A stretch of DNA of 64,000 bases, taken from an archaeon GW2011_AR20 (lineage in GTDB: Archaea > Nanobdellota > Nanobdellia > SCGC-AAA011-G17 > GW2011-AR20). Below, one piece after another: positions 10,052 to 19,364 of this stretch. The position numbers and the translations under genes are program-made. The notes under the pieces were generated by a model. That model saw only the letters and a list, made by a program, of their open reading frames with translations, did no database searches and was not told the origin of the DNA. The DNA lies in the NCBI GenBank assembly GCA_000830315.1, contig CP010426.1, forward strand, positions 60,670-124,669. The letters run 5' to 3'. The stretch's first letter is position 1. Each line of letters starts with the position of its first letter.

Positions 10052-10479
10052 AAATGATATCTTTGAAGAAAATGTTTTTTTATGGAATGACCTTAGTTTC
10101 ATTAAATTTATTGTCATGCAACAAAGAATCATTAACGGAGGTTGTAGAAGAGACCGATTATTTAGCACCACTTATAGGAACATGGCAGATGCTTGAACAA
10201 AACAATCAGCACGTGCCATATGACGTTAAAAAGATTTTCAGCAGAAACAATTCATATACCTTTTCTGTTGAGGATACCATAAACCATTCTTTCCGTTCCT
10301 TTAGGGCAAGCATTTATGAAATCAATGAAAGCAAATATAAAGCGGAGATAAAAGAACAGTATGGCGAATGGCACGTTAATGCTATCGGGCGATTGGAAGA
10401 ATGGAATTATCGCATAATTGGCAACCAGCTATACGAAGATGGCAATGAAGAACTGTATAATGTTTATATTAAGAAATAA
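10036..10479 (+). CDS. Putative lipoprotein
   Basis: 147 aa; signal peptide with lipobox-like LLSC; overlaps upstream gene. Confidence 0.35.
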   Translation: MLGSVKMISLKKMFFYGMTLVSLNLLSCNKESLTEVVEETDYLAPLIGTWQMLEQNNQHVPYDVKKIFSRNNSYTFSVEDTINHSFRSFRASIYEINESKYKAEIKEQYGEWHVNAIGRLEEWNYRIIGNQLYEDGNEELYNVYIKK

Positions 10480-10654
10480 ATTATAATTTTTATGGGTTTA
10501 TTCTAGTAACTCACAAATAAATATTAAGCGACATAAATTTTGTTTTAATTTTTATGCTTTTTGATATTCAACAATCGAGATTTGATAAGTTAAAACCTTT
10601 GTCATATATTAAAAAATAGAAAAGTTTATATATTAGTTCTGTTACATCACTTTT

Positions 10655-11284
10655 ATGAATCAATCTATAATAAACAAAATTGGAGAAATATCTACAATAA
10701 AGGATATAGAAAAAAAACTGAATATTAAGAGAGTTACAGCTATAAATTATGTTCACCTATTAAGAAAAAATGGCCTAATAAAAACATGGTATAAAAGAGA
10801 TAAAAGTAGGCTATATATAATAAAAAAGCTAGCAAAGCCAATAATCGGAAATGAAAGTTTTTATGATATAATTAATAAATATTCTCCAATGAAGCTTGCA
10901 TTTAGATCTAATTATAGGGTAATTGGCAGAAAAATAGGTGTGGAAGAAGCAATAATAAGAGCAATAGAAACAAAACACCCAAAGGTGATTTTGGCAAGCT
11001 TGGCCTTATTTAACCATTTAAACGACTGGCCTTTATTATTAAAGTTATCTAAAAAATACAATGTTAGGAGGAAGGTTGGAGCATTATATGAATTAACAAA
11101 AACATTTATGAGGATAAGAAGAATTGATAAAAGAACTTTAAAGGCTTTATTAAAAGCAAAGAATGAACCAAAGTTTATAGTTGATAATTTTAAGACTAAA
11201 GATTTTAAAGATATAGAAAAAAAATGGAATATTTTTTTGCCATTTAATAAAGTTGATATCTTGGAGTATGAACAATGGTGGTAA
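10655..11284 (+). CDS. wHTH protein, AbiEi-like antitoxin/regulator candidate
   Basis: 209 aa; N-terminal HTH-like segment (ISTIKDIEKKLNIKRVTAINYVHLLRKNGLIK); 10-nt overlap with downstream nucleotidyltransferase-like gene. Confidence 0.35.
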   Translation: MNQSIINKIGEISTIKDIEKKLNIKRVTAINYVHLLRKNGLIKTWYKRDKSRLYIIKKLAKPIIGNESFYDIINKYSPMKLAFRSNYRVIGRKIGVEEAIIRAIETKHPKVILASLALFNHLNDWPLLLKLSKKYNVRRKVGALYELTKTFMRIRRIDKRTLKALLKAKNEPKFIVDNFKTKDFKDIEKKWNIFLPFNKVDILEYEQWW

Positions 11285-11946
11285 ACTTAGAATCCCAAAA
11301 TGAATTATTTTTAATTATAGGCAAAGAATTAAAAAAGAGGGTAGAATGTTATGCTATTGGCGAATCTGCAATGATATATCATGGGGCAAAAAGAGAGACC
11401 AAAGATATAGATCTTGTTTTTTCAAACGAAAGAGACCAAAAAGAAATTGTAAATCTTTTAAAAAGAAATGGGTTTAAAGAAAGATTAACAAGATTGGTAT
11501 ATATTAAAAGATTAGCACATTTAAAAAAACAAAGCCCCATAATGCTGGAAAAAGATGAATTTAGAATAGATTTATTTAATCAAAAAGTTATATGTTTTTA
11601 TTTGACAAAGGAGATAGAAAACAGGGTAACAGACCTATTTGAATTTGGTAATTTATTTGTTAAAATTATCAGCCCAGAAGATATAATATTATTAAAATGC
11701 GCCACAGAAAGGGCGGGCGATAGAATAGACGCCTTGGAGCTGATAAAACTTTTCAAAATTAATTGGGATATTATAATAAATGAAAGCGTTGAACAAACTA
11801 AATTGGGGGAGAACATTTTTCCAGTATTCCTTTATGATTTCTTGCTTGAGCTAAAAGAAGATCTAAAAGCAGAAATTCCAAATGATGTTTTAAAGAAATT
11901 AATGGAAATTTCTGAAAAAGAATTAAGCAAAAGACTAAAAAAATAA
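11275..11946 (+). CDS. Nucleotidyltransferase-fold protein, AbiEii-like toxin candidate
   Basis: 223 aa; G-E-S motif followed by DIDLV (GS...DxD pattern of Pol-beta-type NTases). Confidence 0.35.
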   Translation: MVVNLESQNELFLIIGKELKKRVECYAIGESAMIYHGAKRETKDIDLVFSNERDQKEIVNLLKRNGFKERLTRLVYIKRLAHLKKQSPIMLEKDEFRIDLFNQKVICFYLTKEIENRVTDLFEFGNLFVKIISPEDIILLKCATERAGDRIDALELIKLFKINWDIIINESVEQTKLGENIFPVFLYDFLLELKEDLKAEIPNDVLKKLMEISEKELSKRLKK

Positions 11947-12005
11947 ACTTTATTATTACTATAAAGTAACGAAATATTTATAAAGTCTAAAAACATGCTA
12001 TTTCT

Positions 12006-13325
12006 ATGAAAACCTGGCAAAGATTAGCCTTATTAGGAAGCTTATTTGGAGCATTAAATCTTGGTTTTAATAGCCAAAGTAATGCACAAACGCAAACCAA
12101 GAAGGTTAGAATTGTTGATGCAATACTGAATTGTGTTGACTCATTGAGGAATGTTGCAGGAATTCCAAATTTAAAAATCACTTGGGATGGCAATGCCTAT
12201 ACAACAAATTCAGAGGGCTATGTTGATCTGGTAACTGGTGTAAAAGATGACTATGATAACCAAAACAAAGATTTCCTAAATGTTTCTTTGCAGAATAATA
12301 GTTTAAATTTTAGTTACAATGGTAACGCCAGCATAAAATTCTATGATATTTTAGGCAGGGAAATTAAATCTTATGACGATTCTGAAAAGAACATTAACTG
12401 GGATTTTACAAATAGTTCAAATCATAGAATCAATTCCGGAACTTATTTTTATGTTCTGAATAAAAATGGGAACATTAAAGCAGGAAAATTGGTATTTGGA
12501 AAAGATTTCGGGGTTTATTTGGGAAATGAAACAAATGACAAAAAAGCAAATGTTATTTTAGAAGATAGAATACTAGCTAAGACCCAAGTTTTAGAAAATC
12601 AAACTTTAAGCATAAAAGATGAGGAGATGCTAAGTACAGACGGAACAAATAATCTGGGGGAATATTTTGACATTGAAGCTAATTATTCGGGCTTGGATGA
12701 AGTTCCGGATACAATTAATATGATTCCTGTTTTGCCTTTTGAATCAGCTAATTACAGGAATATTCTGCATTTCGTTAAGTATATAACAAAAACAGACGGG
12801 ACAACCCCAAATACAAGATTGAAGCGTTTCGAACTTCCAATAAAATCTTTTAGAAATGCTTCTACTGCACCGAATTCAAACTATGTTGCTGCATTTGATT
12901 CCGCCACTTCATCGAATCATGACAATTCTTGGGAAAGCATGACCTCATTTAATCATAAAGGACATATGTTGCCAAAAATGAATTTGTTTGAGGAAGTTTT
13001 TGTTGACCCAGATACGGGAATCACACTGGATTATACGAGTAATTTCAGTCATATGATATTTGATAAAAGAGATCCCAATAACTCTCCTTTACATGCAATC
13101 GTTTACGTGGATAAAGATAACTTAAGTAATAATCTGGCAATAATTAGTGATACTAAACACGAGAACGGACACGGGTTATTTGGGACAGACGTTCATAGTT
13201 CAGACTCGAAACATGCTATGCTCGGCGGGGGGGGTTTAGTAATATCTAACGGTGAAGGTAAATCAATTAGGATAATATATTCGTTATCAAATTTGGATGA
13301 TATAAAAATATATAAAGAAGATTAA
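12006..13325 (+). CDS. Secreted protein with HExxH-type motif (possible zinc metalloprotease)
   Basis: 439 aa; signal peptide MKTWQRLALLGSLFGALNLGF; HENGH near C-terminus. Confidence 0.35.
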   Translation: MKTWQRLALLGSLFGALNLGFNSQSNAQTQTKKVRIVDAILNCVDSLRNVAGIPNLKITWDGNAYTTNSEGYVDLVTGVKDDYDNQNKDFLNVSLQNNSLNFSYNGNASIKFYDILGREIKSYDDSEKNINWDFTNSSNHRINSGTYFYVLNKNGNIKAGKLVFGKDFGVYLGNETNDKKANVILEDRILAKTQVLENQTLSIKDEEMLSTDGTNNLGEYFDIEANYSGLDEVPDTINMIPVLPFESANYRNILHFVKYITKTDGTTPNTRLKRFELPIKSFRNASTAPNSNYVAAFDSATSSNHDNSWESMTSFNHKGHMLPKMNLFEEVFVDPDTGITLDYTSNFSHMIFDKRDPNNSPLHAIVYVDKDNLSNNLAIISDTKHENGHGLFGTDVHSSDSKHAMLGGGGLVISNGEGKSIRIIYSLSNLDDIKIYKED

Positions 13326-13354
13326 ACTTGATACTCTATAAAAAAATAAACAAA

Positions 13355-13783
13355 TTATTTAATAAAATATTCTTTATGTTTGTAGGTATAATAAAATATT
13401 ATTATATTAATAATTATATCAGCCATAAGCATTACAAAACTTAGATAAACTGCTTTTGCAATAAAATTTACATCATTGCCGTCAATGGGTTTCTTTGATA
13501 CTAAAAAAACAATGGTAATAATTAAAGTATAGATTATAGAATATAACGTTGACATATAAATTACATATCTTCCGAATTTATATCTTTTATTTATACCAAA
13601 AATAATAACACCGGCTATTATAATAAATACAAGGTTTGTTAAAGTTTCGAATAAATTTTCTTTGAATAAATCAAATAAATTTAATAAAATATAAATAATA
13701 AAATACACCTTTATAAGTTTGAAACCTGCTGGTGTTCCTTGTTTATTTTTGTTAGATGATTTTTGCATTTGATTGTTATGCAA
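13355..13783 (-). CDS. Small integral membrane protein
   Basis: 142 aa with about 4 hydrophobic helices. Confidence 0.35.
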   Translation of the reverse strand: MHNNQMQKSSNKNKQGTPAGFKLIKVYFIIYILLNLFDLFKENLFETLTNLVFIIIAGVIIFGINKRYKFGRYVIYMSTLYSIIYTLIITIVFLVSKKPIDGNDVNFIAKAVYLSFVMLMADIIINIIIFYYTYKHKEYFIK

Positions 13784-13794
13784 TTTAAGATGAA

Positions 13795-15690
13795 TTAGAT
13801 TGTTTTAACAATTATGTTGCTAAACTCCCCATATTCTTTGTTACTAAAATTAGTTAAGTAACAACAAGATTGTGTGTTACCTATCCTAAAGCAATCTGGT
13901 TCATCAGAGTCAATTGCATCTTTCCAATAAGGTTGATTTTGTCCATAAAAGCTTGTTGCACTAGTATAGGGATCTCTCCATCTCGCTAAACAAGATTGAC
14001 CAGGTTCTCCGGTTGAATTTCCGACAGTTCCCTTGTAACAAGCGGCAAATGCAAATGCAACTACGCAAGTTTGAGCATCCAGATCCCAGGTAAAACCATC
14101 AGGGCAACCACATGCTCCATCAATACAATATAACCCAGAACAACATTCAGCATCGCTTGTACATCCACTTGTAAGTCCGCCTGCAAAAGTAAAACTTCCA
14201 GACAAACTGTCTGCACCATCTGGTCTAAATTCGCTTCCGACTTCGCCGTCCCAAAATGCGGCTGCTCTTGGTGTAACTGTTCTGCCACAACACGCTACGG
14301 GAACTGAAGGAATTTTCCAGTTAGTGTTGATGTTTCCGCTTGTTGACAACATTGTGCTAAGTGTTATCCCTGAAATATCACCACCGGTAAATTGAATGTC
14401 ACAACTTCCGCTTGAATCTTGCGCATCAATTTGCAATTTATCAACTTGGGGGCAATAAAGACCAGAATAACCTGCATTAACCTTAATATTCTCATCTTGT
14501 TCACATAAATCAGATGCTCCGCTAATATAAGAACAGCCAGAAATCTTATTACATTTATCTCTATTCAAACCATTACAAGAGGTTACCACACATTTGTATG
14601 ACTCACTTAATTGTTTTTTCCATTCGCATCCAGGTCGTGATCTACAATATTCTAAATCTTTAAATTGATAACAATCAATGCTTGGGGTTCCTGTACAAGA
14701 ACCTCCAACACATAAAGTACCATCCATAGAAACAGCTCCCAAATCACATTGACAATCTTCATCTACTTTATCGATTTTCCCATCACAATCGTCATCTAAA
14801 CCATTATAACATAATTCTGTTTGAGGTAAAACTTGCCCGGTACAAGAGTAAAGAAATGAGCCGGCAGAACAAGTCTGAGTTCCATCTCTACATATTCCTC
14901 TATTTCTAGTATCTAATGAACCTGTATAACAGGCTCGCACAATATTCTCATCAGAAATACCATTACAATTATTGTCAGCACCATCGCATATCTCTGGATC
15001 ATTCCTCTTATCATAATAAGAACATTGACTACCATCACACAGGTCTTCCGTACAAACATTGTTATCGTCGCATAGACTATCTTCAGCATACCCAAATATA
15101 CCGTTGTGACAAACATTACATTGGGTGTTGACTTTTATCTGACCTTCTTGACACACACAAGCACCATTATCACAAATAGGGGTTTCTCCAAAACATAAGA
15201 TGGGATCATTAGAACAAACTCCGCTTAAGCAAGAATCTGTAGTACATGAATCGTCATCTGAACAAGATTCGGCGACTTGGAATTTGGTACATCCGTTGTC
15301 AAGGCCTACACAGTTTAATGCATCGAGTCCGCTACAAGAAACAGGAGAACTTCTTTCATCTCCACATTCTCTACAATTTTGACAGGAACCACTAGAACAA
15401 ATTGTCCCTGATTCACAATAGCTAGCAAAAAGCCATTCAGTACAACCATTTGTATTAAGAATTGTATCACAAACCTCAATAACAGTAGAACTTTTACATT
15501 GAACCGAGCCATCAAAGCATGATTGGCAACTTTGGCAATATCCCGAAGATCCGGGATTGATGCATACATTACCATAACTACACTCTGAATCGGAGCTGCA
15601 TGCAGCATTTACATCATTGGAATTATAAATAGAAAAAATTGAAATAATTAAAACTAAGCAAACTAACCTAACAACCTCTTTTTTCATCAA
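13795..15690 (-). CDS. Large cysteine-rich secreted protein with repeated Cys-knot/EGF-like modules (candidate adhesin)
   Basis: 631 aa; signal peptide; very high Cys content in recurring CxxxC / DxNxC patterns. Confidence 0.5.
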   Translation of the reverse strand: MMKKEVVRLVCLVLIISIFSIYNSNDVNAACSSDSECSYGNVCINPGSSGYCQSCQSCFDGSVQCKSSTVIEVCDTILNTNGCTEWLFASYCESGTICSSGSCQNCRECGDERSSPVSCSGLDALNCVGLDNGCTKFQVAESCSDDDSCTTDSCLSGVCSNDPILCFGETPICDNGACVCQEGQIKVNTQCNVCHNGIFGYAEDSLCDDNNVCTEDLCDGSQCSYYDKRNDPEICDGADNNCNGISDENIVRACYTGSLDTRNRGICRDGTQTCSAGSFLYSCTGQVLPQTELCYNGLDDDCDGKIDKVDEDCQCDLGAVSMDGTLCVGGSCTGTPSIDCYQFKDLEYCRSRPGCEWKKQLSESYKCVVTSCNGLNRDKCNKISGCSYISGASDLCEQDENIKVNAGYSGLYCPQVDKLQIDAQDSSGSCDIQFTGGDISGITLSTMLSTSGNINTNWKIPSVPVACCGRTVTPRAAAFWDGEVGSEFRPDGADSLSGSFTFAGGLTSGCTSDAECCSGLYCIDGACGCPDGFTWDLDAQTCVVAFAFAACYKGTVGNSTGEPGQSCLARWRDPYTSATSFYGQNQPYWKDAIDSDEPDCFRIGNTQSCCYLTNFSNKEYGEFSNIIVKTI

Positions 15691-15751
15691 TTTAAATAAG
15701 AATTAAGGATATAAAAACCTTACTAAAAGAAAACCTTTTATAGTATGGTTA

Positions 15752-16297
15752 TTGTTTAATATCATGCCTGTAAATATTTCAACTGCAGTAGACAGTTTAG
15801 TTGAGCTAGTAAATAATAAAAAAAGAATTCCCTTAGAAGAAGCTGCAAAAGAATTGGGACTGCCAGAGCATATAATAAATGAGTGGGCTGTTTTCTTGGA
15901 AGAAGAGGAAATATTAACAATTGAATATCAGTTTACAACCCCTTTCTTGATAGCTAAAGGCAAAAAAACTGTGGAAGAGTCAAGGGATTATTCACAGGAC
16001 ATTGAGATATTAACCAGGCAGATAGAAATAATGCAGTCTGGCTTAAACAAGATTGTCATTAAACATGCTATTGTCATTAAAGATGTTGATGACGTCAAAA
16101 TAGCATTGACAAAAAAATTAAGCAGGGAAGATATGATTTACACACAAAAGTTTGTCTTGGATTATGAAATTAAGCAATTGCTGCATAAAGTAAGCAGATT
16201 GAAAGTCTTCAACAAAGAAAATTACGATGAGATAAATAAAGAATTTGAAAATATTAAAAGAAGAAAGCAAATATTTGATAAAAACTTGACCAGATAA
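15752..16297 (+). CDS. Hypothetical protein upstream of pilus locus
   Basis: 181 aa ORF, no recognised motif. Confidence 0.3.
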   Translation: MFNIMPVNISTAVDSLVELVNNKKRIPLEEAAKELGLPEHIINEWAVFLEEEEILTIEYQFTTPFLIAKGKKTVEESRDYSQDIEILTRQIEIMQSGLNKIVIKHAIVIKDVDDVKIALTKKLSREDMIYTQKFVLDYEIKQLLHKVSRLKVFNKENYDEINKEFENIKRRKQIFDKNLTR

Positions 16298-16382
16298 AAA
16301 TGTTAATTTTATTTTACATATTTTAAATTTTCTTAGCAGAAAGATTTATAAATGTCCCGATTATGGTACAATTGTACTAAAA

Positions 16383-16895
16383 ATGGGACAAATAAATAAA
16401 ATAGAGAACTTATTCTTTGAAAATCCGTCTAGGGAGTTTTATCTCAGGGAAATCAGCAAATTAATAAAAATACCAAAAACCACCGTTCAAAGAAAATTAA
16501 TAGATTTAAAAAATAAAGAATTGATTAATAAGCTCAAGACCAAGCCCCATCCAAGATATAGGGCGAATACAGAGAATTTCTACTATAAATACTACAAAAA
16601 AAACAGGATTATAGAGAATTTATACAAATCTAATTTAATTGAATTCTTAATTAAAGAAGCAAATCCAAGCGCTATAATTCTTTTCGGAAGTTGTGCTAAG
16701 GGAGAATATGATGCTAAAAGCGATATAGACTTATTTTTGGGGTCTAATGAATTTAGATTAGATCTAAAAAACTATGAGGAAAAATTAAAGCATAAAATAA
16801 ATATAATCTTTAAGCAAAACATAGGCGATTTCAATACGGAACTGAAGAATAATATTATAAATGGGGAAAAACTATATGGTGTTATAAGAATATGA
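16383..16895 (+). CDS. Nucleotidyltransferase-domain protein (MNT-like) with N-terminal wHTH
   Basis: 170 aa; ILFGSCAKGEYDAKSDIDLFL (GS-x9-DxD NTase signature). Confidence 0.5.
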   Translation: MGQINKIENLFFENPSREFYLREISKLIKIPKTTVQRKLIDLKNKELINKLKTKPHPRYRANTENFYYKYYKKNRIIENLYKSNLIEFLIKEANPSAIILFGSCAKGEYDAKSDIDLFLGSNEFRLDLKNYEEKLKHKINIIFKQNIGDFNTELKNNIINGEKLYGVIRI

Positions 16896-17059
16896 TAAAA
16901 GAAATCATGGATTGGGAAATTTGTTTAAAAGAACACATTAAAAATATTAGAAATAGGATTTATTACGAAGGCGTGTTTGCTAGAGAATCTTATTTAGATA
17001 AAAATGAGTTAGAATTAAACCACATTATAGAATTATTAAAAAGATTAATAAATGAATAA
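16892..17059 (+). CDS. Small ORF (55 aa) overlapping NTase gene stop (ATGA), possible cognate partner
   Basis: ATG at 16892 overlaps TGA of upstream gene; not in ORF track (<60 aa); no HEPN Rx4-6H motif seen. Confidence 0.25.
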   Translation: MIKEIMDWEICLKEHIKNIRNRIYYEGVFARESYLDKNELELNHIIELLKRLINE

Positions 17060-17109
17060 AATCTTAATAAAGCTAAATAAAAAAGAGGTGATGGCTTTTT
17101 GCTATGTAA

Positions 17110-18567
17110 ATGGTTGTAAAAGAGACATATAGCTTCTACTCTGAGAATATTCCGATAACTGTAACTATAGAGAGTACAAAGGATGAATTTGTGCTAGTCT
17201 ATAATGTAAGCATTGCAAAAATAAGCCCAAATACAGAGATTATTCTTGATAAAATAAAGCAGGAAATCTCCAGTAAGGTTAAACTTGGATTAAGTGATAT
17301 TTCGGATTTAAAAAAATCGGAATTTGTGAGGAAAAGATTTGAGGATGCAATATTATATCTGCTAAATAAATATCTTCCAACAATTTCGGATGACATTAAA
17401 AAATTTCTCACAACATATTTGATGCACAAGGCACTTGGCTTGGGGAAGATTGAATTGTTGCTTGATGATAAAAATCTTGAAGAAGTTGTTATTAATAATG
17501 CAGAAGAGCCGGTGTGGGTTTATCACCACAAGCATGGCTGGTTAAAAACAAACATAAAACTTGAGAATGAAGAGCAGGTTAAGCATTACTCGTCATTAAT
17601 TGGAAGAAGGGTCGGAAGAAGCATTTCTCTGCTTACCCCATTATTGGATGCACAATTAGAAACAGGAGACAGGGTAAATGCAACATTAAACCCCATTTCT
17701 ATAAAAGGAAACACAATTACATTCAGGAAGTTTGCAACAAAACCAATCACAATGACAGACATGATTAACCAGAAAACAATTTCCATCTCAGCTGCTTCTT
17801 TAATATGGCTGGGAATAGAATATGAGCTGAGCGCGTTAGTAACCGGGGGCACGGCGACGGGAAAAACTTCTTTCCTCGGGGCAATATGCTCTTTCTTCCA
17901 GCCAAATCAGAGGATTATCTCTGCTGAGGACACTGCTGAACTAAGACTCGCAAAATACCTGCAATGGATCCCCATGTTGACAAGACAGCCGAATGTAGAA
18001 GGAAAGGGAGAAGTTACCCTGCTCGACTTAATAGTCAATTCATTGAGGATGAGGCCGGACAGAATTGTTGTTGGTGAGATAAGAAGGCAGAGGGAAGCTG
18101 AAACCTTGTTTGAGGCAATGCATACTGGACATAGTGTTTATGCAACATTGCATGCAAATGATGTAAATGAAACAATAAACAGAATTACAAACCCGCCCCT
18201 TAATATTCCAAAAAATTTGCTTCCTGCTATTTCAATGATAATTGTAATGTACAGAAACAGAAGAACAGGAATAAGGAGAATTTACCAGATAGCTGAAATC
18301 CTGAGTAATGCAGAGCCAAATGTTTTATTGCAACTAGATTTGAGGCAGGATAAAATTTTGACTGTTAACAGATCATCAAGATTAATGCCTGAATTAGAAT
18401 TAACTACCGGATTAACGACACAGGAGATTAACCAAAATTTGAAGGAAAAATCATTGATCTTAACATGGTTAGCAAAGAAAAATATCAATGAGGTAAATGA
18501 CATCGGAAAGGTAATTGCTACTTATTACACAAACAAAAATGCCGTTTTAAACCTGCTTAAAAAATGA
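17110..18567 (+). CDS. Type II/IV secretion-family ATPase (archaeal pilus/archaellum assembly ATPase, FlaI/PilB/VirB11-like)
   Basis: 485 aa; Walker A GTATGKTS; Asp-box and His-box region ...IVVGEIRRQREAETLFEAMHTGHSVYATLHAN. Confidence 0.8.
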   Translation: MVVKETYSFYSENIPITVTIESTKDEFVLVYNVSIAKISPNTEIILDKIKQEISSKVKLGLSDISDLKKSEFVRKRFEDAILYLLNKYLPTISDDIKKFLTTYLMHKALGLGKIELLLDDKNLEEVVINNAEEPVWVYHHKHGWLKTNIKLENEEQVKHYSSLIGRRVGRSISLLTPLLDAQLETGDRVNATLNPISIKGNTITFRKFATKPITMTDMINQKTISISAASLIWLGIEYELSALVTGGTATGKTSFLGAICSFFQPNQRIISAEDTAELRLAKYLQWIPMLTRQPNVEGKGEVTLLDLIVNSLRMRPDRIVVGEIRRQREAETLFEAMHTGHSVYATLHANDVNETINRITNPPLNIPKNLLPAISMIIVMYRNRRTGIRRIYQIAEILSNAEPNVLLQLDLRQDKILTVNRSSRLMPELELTTGLTTQEINQNLKEKSLILTWLAKKNINEVNDIGKVIATYYTNKNAVLNLLKK

Positions 18568-19364
18568 TAATTCCAATTTTAGCAAAAAAATTTCCTTATT
18601 TGAAGATAGGGCTTATGCAAGCTGATATAAATCAGACTCCCGAGCAGTTTATTAAAAAAAGTCTTATTACAAGTTTAATTGTAAGCATAACATTAACGCT
18701 TGCTTCAATAATGGTTTTTTCAAGGCTGGAGGTTAGTTTATTAATCCCCTTATTATTGTTCCCGGTTATTTATATTGCCGTGTTTTTCTTTTTCATGCAT
18801 TCGCCAACTGCAAAATCAAATAAAGTCGTCCGTGAAATAGACCGTGAGATTGTTTATGCCGGAAGATTTTTATTAATTGAACTAAGCGCGGGAATTCCAC
18901 TGTTTGATTCAATAAGAAATGTCTCTTACGCCTATCCGACGATTGGAAGATACTTTAAAAAAATCGTTGATAAAGTTGAAACAGGAATGCCGATAGAGCA
19001 GGCGATAAACGAAGTTATAGAAATCACTCCAAGCGATAATTTCAGGAAAGTTTTATTTCAGATTCTCAATTCAATGAAAACCGGGGGAGATGTAAGCAAG
19101 GCCCTGGAAAGCATAACAGAGCAGATTTCCAAGGAACAATTAATTAAAATCAAAGAATATGGGAAAAAATTAAACCCCATGGTTTTGTTTTATTTGTTAA
19201 TTGCTGTTATACTTCCTAGTTTGGGGGTTACAATACTTTCTTTGATGTCAACGTTTACTGGATTAACATTATCGTTGTCAAATTTAATAGGAATTAACTT
19301 TGCCATAGGTGTATTACAGTTTTCATTTTTATCAATAATCGGAAATCTGAGGAAAGGTGTGTAA
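18564..19364 (+). CDS. Pilus platform membrane protein (T2SS-F / TadB-TadC / FlaJ-like), part 1
   Basis: 266 aa polytopic membrane protein immediately downstream of and overlapping the ATPase gene. Confidence 0.55.
   Translation: MIIPILAKKFPYLKIGLMQADINQTPEQFIKKSLITSLIVSITLTLASIMVFSRLEVSLLIPLLLFPVIYIAVFFFFMHSPTAKSNKVVREIDREIVYAGRFLLIELSAGIPLFDSIRNVSYAYPTIGRYFKKIVDKVETGMPIEQAINEVIEITPSDNFRKVLFQILNSMKTGGDVSKALESITEQISKEQLIKIKEYGKKLNPMVLFYLLIAVILPSLGVTILSLMSTFTGLTLSLSNLIGINFAIGVLQFSFLSIIGNLRKGV

Noticed and set aside
14061-15608. Several 60-100 aa ORFs (14061-14288, 14913-15116, 14916-15131, 15200-15382, 15315-15608)
   Set aside because: All embedded in or antisense to the 631-aa Cys-rich gene; alternate-frame artefacts.
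16892-17059. Calling the 55-aa ORF a HEPN toxin
   Set aside because: No Rx4-6H motif and too short for a HEPN domain; kept only as an unassigned small ORF.
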